DNA of 64,000 nt from assembly GCA_038318785.1 (NCBI GenBank), contig JBBQCO010000003.1, positions 1,761-65,760 on the forward strand. The letters are read 5' to 3'. The notes under the pieces were generated by a model. It searched no databases. It saw only the letters and a program-made list of their open reading frames with translations, and was not told the DNA's origin. The translations under genes and the position numbers were made by a program. The DNA is from Desulfobulbales bacterium (GTDB taxonomy: Bacteria; Desulfobacterota; Desulfobulbia; Desulfobulbales; Desulfobulbaceae). Below are positions 59,511 to 64,000 of this stretch, piece after piece. Each line of letters starts with the position of its first letter. The first letter of the stretch is position 1.

Positions 59511-60733
59511 CCTCGCCGATCAAGCAGACTCTCGAAGTTCCGGTGGCCGACGGCGAAGGCGAACGCTATTCCCTGCGCATGGGGCCGCAGCATCCGGCTA
59601 CCCACGGGGTGCTCCGGGTCGATCTCGAACTGGATGGCGAAACCATCATCGAATGCAAACCCCAGGTGGGCTATCTCCATCGCGGCTTTGAAAAGCTGGC
59701 GGAAAACCGGACCTACGCCCAGGCCCTGATTCTCACCGACCGGCTGGACTACATCGCGGCCATGGCCAACAATGTCGGCTACTGTTTAGCCGTGGAAAAA
59801 CTACTCGGCATCTCGGTGCCGCTGCGGGCCCAGTACATCCGAACCGTGGTTTGCGAGATGTCGCGCCTCTGCTCGCATCTGTTGTGGCTGGCCACCCATG
59901 CCCTGGACATCGGGGCAATGACCGTTTTTCTCTACTGCTTCCGTGAACGTGAGATTTTACTCGATCTGTTCGAGGAGCTGTGCGGGGCACGCCTGACCTT
60001 CTCCTATCCCAGGATCGGCGGCGTCCGTCAGGATGTTACCTCGCATTTTATCGATGAGTTGCAACGGTTCCTCGACATCTTCCCCTCGAAAATCGAAGAG
60101 TATGAAACCCTGATCGACACCAACCGCATCTGGCTGAAACGCACCGTCGGCGTCGGCAAGCTCACCGGCGAGGAGGCCCTGGCCCTTGGCCTCACCGGCG
60201 CCTGTTTGCGCGGCTCCGGCGTTGACTACGATCTGCGCAAACACCAGCCCTACGACGCCTACAATCAGGTGGAATTTGAGGTGCCGCTGGGCAGCGACGG
60301 CGATATCTATGCCCGCTACCGCTGCCGCATGGAAGAGATGCACCAGTCGGTCCGCATTATCCAGCAGTGCATCGATCAACTGCCCCCCGGTCCGATCATC
60401 GGCCCGGATGCCCCGGATCTGGTCATGCCCAACAAGGTTCCGGCTCGAATCGAGGCCGGCAGCAGCGCCTACGGCACCGGCCTGATCAAACTGATCCGCG
60501 ACCGCACCCCTTATCTAACCGGCGATGTCTACGTGGCCACCGAGGTTCCCAAGGGTGAACTGGGTTTTTATTTCATTTCCGACGGCAACAACCGCCCCTA
60601 CCGGATGCACATCCGCTCCCCCTCGTTCATTCATATTGGGGCACTGGCCGCGATTGCCAAAGGCGAATTGATTGCCGATCTGATCGCCAATATCGGCAGC
60701 CTGGACGTGGTTCTGGGCGAATCCGACCGGTAA
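59507..60733 (+). CDS. nuoD: Complex I subunit D (no NiFe-binding CxxC)
   Basis: [40 protein letters not shown]. Confidence 0.95.
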   Translation: MTSPIKQTLEVPVADGEGERYSLRMGPQHPATHGVLRVDLELDGETIIECKPQVGYLHRGFEKLAENRTYAQALILTDRLDYIAAMANNVGYCLAVEKLLGISVPLRAQYIRTVVCEMSRLCSHLLWLATHALDIGAMTVFLYCFREREILLDLFEELCGARLTFSYPRIGGVRQDVTSHFIDELQRFLDIFPSKIEEYETLIDTNRIWLKRTVGVGKLTGEEALALGLTGACLRGSGVDYDLRKHQPYDAYNQVEFEVPLGSDGDIYARYRCRMEEMHQSVRIIQQCIDQLPPGPIIGPDAPDLVMPNKVPARIEAGSSAYGTGLIKLIRDRTPYLTGDVYVATEVPKGELGFYFISDGNNRPYRMHIRSPSFIHIGALAAIAKGELIADLIANIGSLDVVLGESDR

Positions 60734-60776
60734 CGTTCTTGCCGGCAACCGGTCTTTCTGCACACCGAGGAACAGA

Positions 60777-61745
60777 ATGAACATTCTTCTCATGCTCATG
60801 TGGATCATCATCCTCTTTGCCGTGGTCATGCTCCATGTGGCCTATGCGACCTATTTTGAGCGCAAGATCATTGGCCATATGCAGGTCCGCCTAGGTCCGA
60901 TGCGGGTCGGCTGGCACGGGCTGCTCCAGCCCATTGCCGATGGGGTTAAATCCTTTTTCAAGGAAGACATCATCCCGACCAATGCAGACCGGCCCACCTT
61001 TTTGGCCGCGCCGATCATCTGCCTGGTGGCGATGATGACCTCGCTGGCGGTGCTGCCCTTTGCCAAGGGATGGGTCCTGGCGGATATCAACATCGGCCTG
61101 CTGTTCATTTTTGCCATGAGTTCGCTGGCCAGTTATGGGGTTGTTCTCGCCGGTTGGGCCTCAAACTCGAAATTTAGTTTCCTCGGTGGCCTGCGCTCCA
61201 TGGCCCAGGTCATCAGCTATGAGATCAGTATGGGGCTGAGCTTGGTCGGGGTGATGCTGCTCTCGGGTTCGCTCAACTTAAGCGAGATCGTCGAAGCCCA
61301 GGGCAGCTCCATTCTGGGCATGTATCTCCTGCCCCAATGTGTCGGTTTTTTTGTCTTTTTCATCAGCATGCTGGCCGAAACCAACCGGGTGCCCTTTGAT
61401 CTGCCCGAGGCGGAGACCGAACTGGTTTCCGGTTATGCCACCGAGTACAGCGGCATGCGCTACGCTATCTTTTTCATGTCCGAGTATATCGGCATGATGG
61501 TTATGGCCTCCATCGGCACGGTCTGTTTTCTCGGCGGCTGGAACGGCCCCTTTGCAGTGCCCTTTTTCCCGCCGCTCTGGTTCGTCCTCAAGGTCTACTT
61601 GTTTATGTTCCTCTTCATTTGGATACGGGCCACGCTGCCGCGCTATCGCTATGATCAGTTGATGGATCTGGGCTGGAAACTGCTCATTCCCCTGGCGCTG
61701 GCAAATATTGTCCTCACCGCCTGCCTCAAGGCGATGATCGGGTAA
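60777..61745 (+). CDS. nuoH: Complex I subunit H
   Basis: ERK, GLLQPIADG, Q.ISYE, R.PFDLPEAE.EL, PRYRYDQ. Confidence 0.95.
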   Translation: MNILLMLMWIIILFAVVMLHVAYATYFERKIIGHMQVRLGPMRVGWHGLLQPIADGVKSFFKEDIIPTNADRPTFLAAPIICLVAMMTSLAVLPFAKGWVLADINIGLLFIFAMSSLASYGVVLAGWASNSKFSFLGGLRSMAQVISYEISMGLSLVGVMLLSGSLNLSEIVEAQGSSILGMYLLPQCVGFFVFFISMLAETNRVPFDLPEAETELVSGYATEYSGMRYAIFFMSEYIGMMVMASIGTVCFLGGWNGPFAVPFFPPLWFVLKVYLFMFLFIWIRATLPRYRYDQLMDLGWKLLIPLALANIVLTACLKAMIG

Positions 61746-61768
61746 GGGGAGGGGAGAACTCAAAAAAT

Positions 61769-62407
61769 ATGCAGATTCAATACAAACCCAAACGCGGCTG
61801 GCTGGCGACCATTTTCCAGGTGGAGATTGTCCAGGGCATGACCCTGACGCTCAAGAAGCTCTTTTCCAAGCCGATCACCCGCCAGTATCCCGATGAAAAA
61901 CCGCAGATCCAGGTTGGATTCCGTGGCCAGCACGCCCTGGTGCGCGACCCGGAGACCGGCAGAAGCAAGTGCATCGGCTGTATGCGCTGCGCCATGGCCT
62001 GTCCCTCGCGCTGCATCCGCATCCGCTCGCACAAGGACAAGGAGCCGGGCAGTCGCCGGGTGATCGACTGCTATCGGATCGAGTCTCTGCGCTGCGTCTA
62101 TTGCGGCTACTGCGAAGAGGTCTGCCCGGTCAATGCCATTGTCCTGACTGAAGTCTATGAATACGGCTCTTACGATCGGCCTTCGCTCTACTTCACCATG
62201 GAGCAATTGCTGGCCAATTGGGACCGGTTCGCCGCCGGGATGGACCGGCCGGTTGAAGAATATGTCAATCCCTTCTGGCGGCCGCGCGGCCTGGCCGAGC
62301 GCGATCTGCCCGCCCCGAAGCGGCTGCCCGTCTCGCCCGAGTGGAGCGGCGAGCAGCAGGTGGTGGGACGAAAATGGCGGCAGCACCACGCGCCGGAACA
62401 ATCCTAA
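61769..62407 (+). CDS. nuoI: Complex I subunit I with C-terminal extension
   Basis: T.QYPDE, FRG, CIGCMRCAMACP, CVYCGYCEEVCP. Confidence 0.93.
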   Translation: MQIQYKPKRGWLATIFQVEIVQGMTLTLKKLFSKPITRQYPDEKPQIQVGFRGQHALVRDPETGRSKCIGCMRCAMACPSRCIRIRSHKDKEPGSRRVIDCYRIESLRCVYCGYCEEVCPVNAIVLTEVYEYGSYDRPSLYFTMEQLLANWDRFAAGMDRPVEEYVNPFWRPRGLAERDLPAPKRLPVSPEWSGEQQVVGRKWRQHHAPEQS

Positions 62408-62421
62408 AGAGGGGGCTGTCG

Positions 62422-63003
62422 ATGTTTCTCCAGATCTTTTTTGGCTACTGCGCCCTGATGATCATTGCCAGCGGCATCCTGGCCATCAGCCTGCGTAACC
62501 CGGTCCACTGCGTGCTCATGGTCCTGGTGCTCTTTTTCCACATGGCCGGACTTTACCTGACCCTCAACGCCGAGTTCCTGGCGGCGGTGCAGATCATTGT
62601 CTATGCCGGGGCCATCCTGGTGCTCTACCTTTTCGTACTCTTCCTGGTCAGTTTGCGCGAGGAACTGCACCTGGACGCCTTTATTCCCAACGCCTGGGTG
62701 GGCAGGATTATCGCTGTTGGTCTGGCCTTGGCCCTGGTCTATGTCATACCCGCCTTCACCCTGGGCGAAAAGGGCACCTGGTCGACAGCAGCGATCAACG
62801 AACTGACCCATACCAAGGCCATGGGGCAGGAGATGTATACGACTTACCTGCTGCCTTTTGAGATCGCCGGTCTCATCCTGTTGGTGGCCTTGATCGGCGG
62901 TCTGGTGCTGGCACGACGGGACGAGGGCCAGATCGAGGAGGTCGAGACCCCGAGCGACCAGAAACCCCGCTCTCAAGCCGACCCCAAGGAGGTGACGCTG
63001 TGA
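62422..63003 (+). CDS. nuoJ: Complex I subunit J
   Basis: NPVH, AEFLAAVQIIVYAGAI, PFE. Confidence 0.93.
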   Translation: MFLQIFFGYCALMIIASGILAISLRNPVHCVLMVLVLFFHMAGLYLTLNAEFLAAVQIIVYAGAILVLYLFVLFLVSLREELHLDAFIPNAWVGRIIAVGLALALVYVIPAFTLGEKGTWSTAAINELTHTKAMGQEMYTTYLLPFEIAGLILLVALIGGLVLARRDEGQIEEVETPSDQKPRSQADPKEVTL

Positions 63004-63302
63004 TTCCTCTTTCCTGGTACATGACCCTGGCCGCCATTCTGTTCTGTATCGGGGTCTGCGGTTTTCTCACCCGGCGCAATGTGATCATCATGTTTCTCTC
63101 CATTGAACTGATGCTCAACGGCGTCAATCTCAACCTGGTGGCGCTGAGTCATTTCCTCGACAGTCTACGCGGCCAGGCCTTCACCTTTTTCATCATCACC
63201 GTGGCCGCGGCCGAGGCCGCCATCGGGCTGGGCATCGCCATTGCGCTCTACCGAAGCAGGCGTACTGTGCACGTCGACACCATCAACCAACTGAAAGGAT
63301 AA
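63000..63302 (+). CDS. nuoK: Complex I subunit K
   Basis: RRN, IELMLN, AAAEAAIGL. Confidence 0.95.
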   Translation: MIPLSWYMTLAAILFCIGVCGFLTRRNVIIMFLSIELMLNGVNLNLVALSHFLDSLRGQAFTFFIITVAAAEAAIGLGIAIALYRSRRTVHVDTINQLKG

Positions 63303-63307
63303 CTGTT

Positions 63308-64000
63308 ATGCCGGCTTCTTTGCTTGCCATACCGCTGCTGCCGCTGGCCTCCTTTGTCCTGACCCTGCTCTTGGGCAAGCGTTGGGGAACACGGGCGCAT
63401 TGGTTGCCGATCGTCACGGTCCTGCTTTCCTTTGCCTGTGCCTTGGCCGCCTTTTTCCGGGTCCGCTCCGGCGAGATCATCAACCAGGATATCTACACCT
63501 GGATCGAGTCCGGCAACCTGAGCGTCTCGGTGGGCTTTCTTGTTGACCAACTGACTGCGGTGATGCTGATCGTGGTGACCAGCATCAGTTCCTTGGTGCA
63601 CATCTATTCGGTGGGCTACATGAAAAGCGAGGAGGGCTACTACCGCTTTTTTGCCTACCTGAGCCTCTTTACCTTTTCCATGCTGATGCTGGTACTGGGC
63701 AACAATTTTCTCCAGTTGTTCTTCGGCTGGGAGGCCGTCGGGCTTTCCTCCTACCTGCTGATCGGGTTTTATTACGAAAAACGATCCGCCGCCGATGCCG
63801 GCAAAAAGGCCTTTATTGTCAATCGCTTCGGTGATTTCGGCTTTATCCTCGGCCTCTTTCTCATTTTTACCCAATTCGGCAGCCTCCATTATCAGGAGGT
63901 GTTCAGCCGAGTGGGTTCCCTGGACGGCCAGATGATTTCTCTCTTTGGCAGCCAGGTGAGTCTGGCCACGGTGATTGCCCTGTTGCTGTTTTGCGGGGCA
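63308..64000 (+). CDS. nuoL: Complex I subunit L (3'-partial)
   Basis: Manual translation: IPLLPL, VDQLT, HIYSVGYM, GWEAVGLSSYLLIGF, KAFIVNRFGDFGF; runs off the window. Confidence 0.93.
   Translation, partial: MPASLLAIPLLPLASFVLTLLLGKRWGTRAHWLPIVTVLLSFACALAAFFRVRSGEIINQDIYTWIESGNLSVSVGFLVDQLTAVMLIVVTSISSLVHIYSVGYMKSEEGYYRFFAYLSLFTFSMLMLVLGNNFLQLFFGWEAVGLSSYLLIGFYYEKRSAADAGKKAFIVNRFGDFGFILGLFLIFTQFGSLHYQEVFSRVGSLDGQMISLFGSQVSLATVIALLLFCGA

Noticed and set aside
59507-60733. NuoD as the large subunit of an energy-converting [NiFe] hydrogenase
   Set aside because: It lacks both CxxC nickel-binding motifs and has complex I quinone-site motifs.

Overview
About 64 kb of a bacterial chromosome. 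Gene content (PxxKW protein, NuoEFG-less complex I, TauE cluster, plsX-fabH-acd-etf-fabG order) suggests a sulfate-reducing Desulfobacterota member, probably Desulfobulbaceae-like (inference). From left to right: (1) a sigma-54 signalling module with a readable sigma-54 promoter and tandem enhancer sites, driving two kinases and a split TauE/SafE transporter; (2) a mostly housekeeping core: mla operon, yceD-rpmF-plsX-fabH-[acyl-CoA dehydrogenase-etfB-etfA]-fabG-acpP-fabF-rpiB-nrdR-ribD, ihfA, eno, pilC, yggS, tatD, coaBC, tolQRAB-cpoB, tlyA, a MrfA-like helicase fused to an exonuclease, and a PheA-TyrA fusion; (3) tRNA-His followed by an 8-kb Type I restriction-modification islet; (4) an operon where a Tat-less Psr/Phs-type molybdopterin enzyme and an Fe-S subunit precede nuoABCDHIJKL, with no nuoEFG in the usual position. 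The most unusual signal is in the RM islet. A GxxExxY (putative PD-(D/E)XK nuclease) gene and an internally deleted copy are each bracketed by inverted arrays of a 9-nt repeat (CACGAAAnn). A fifth array lies in frame inside hsdM and is a perfect 27-bp inverted repeat of the array just upstream of hsdM. This suggests a small repeat-bounded mobile or regulatory element, and possibly an invertible hsdM segment. Other strong leads are the Mo-enzyme-coupled complex I and a CarCDE-like Acd/Etf complex occupying the fabD position of the fatty-acid operon. All calls come from motif reading only; no database searches were run.
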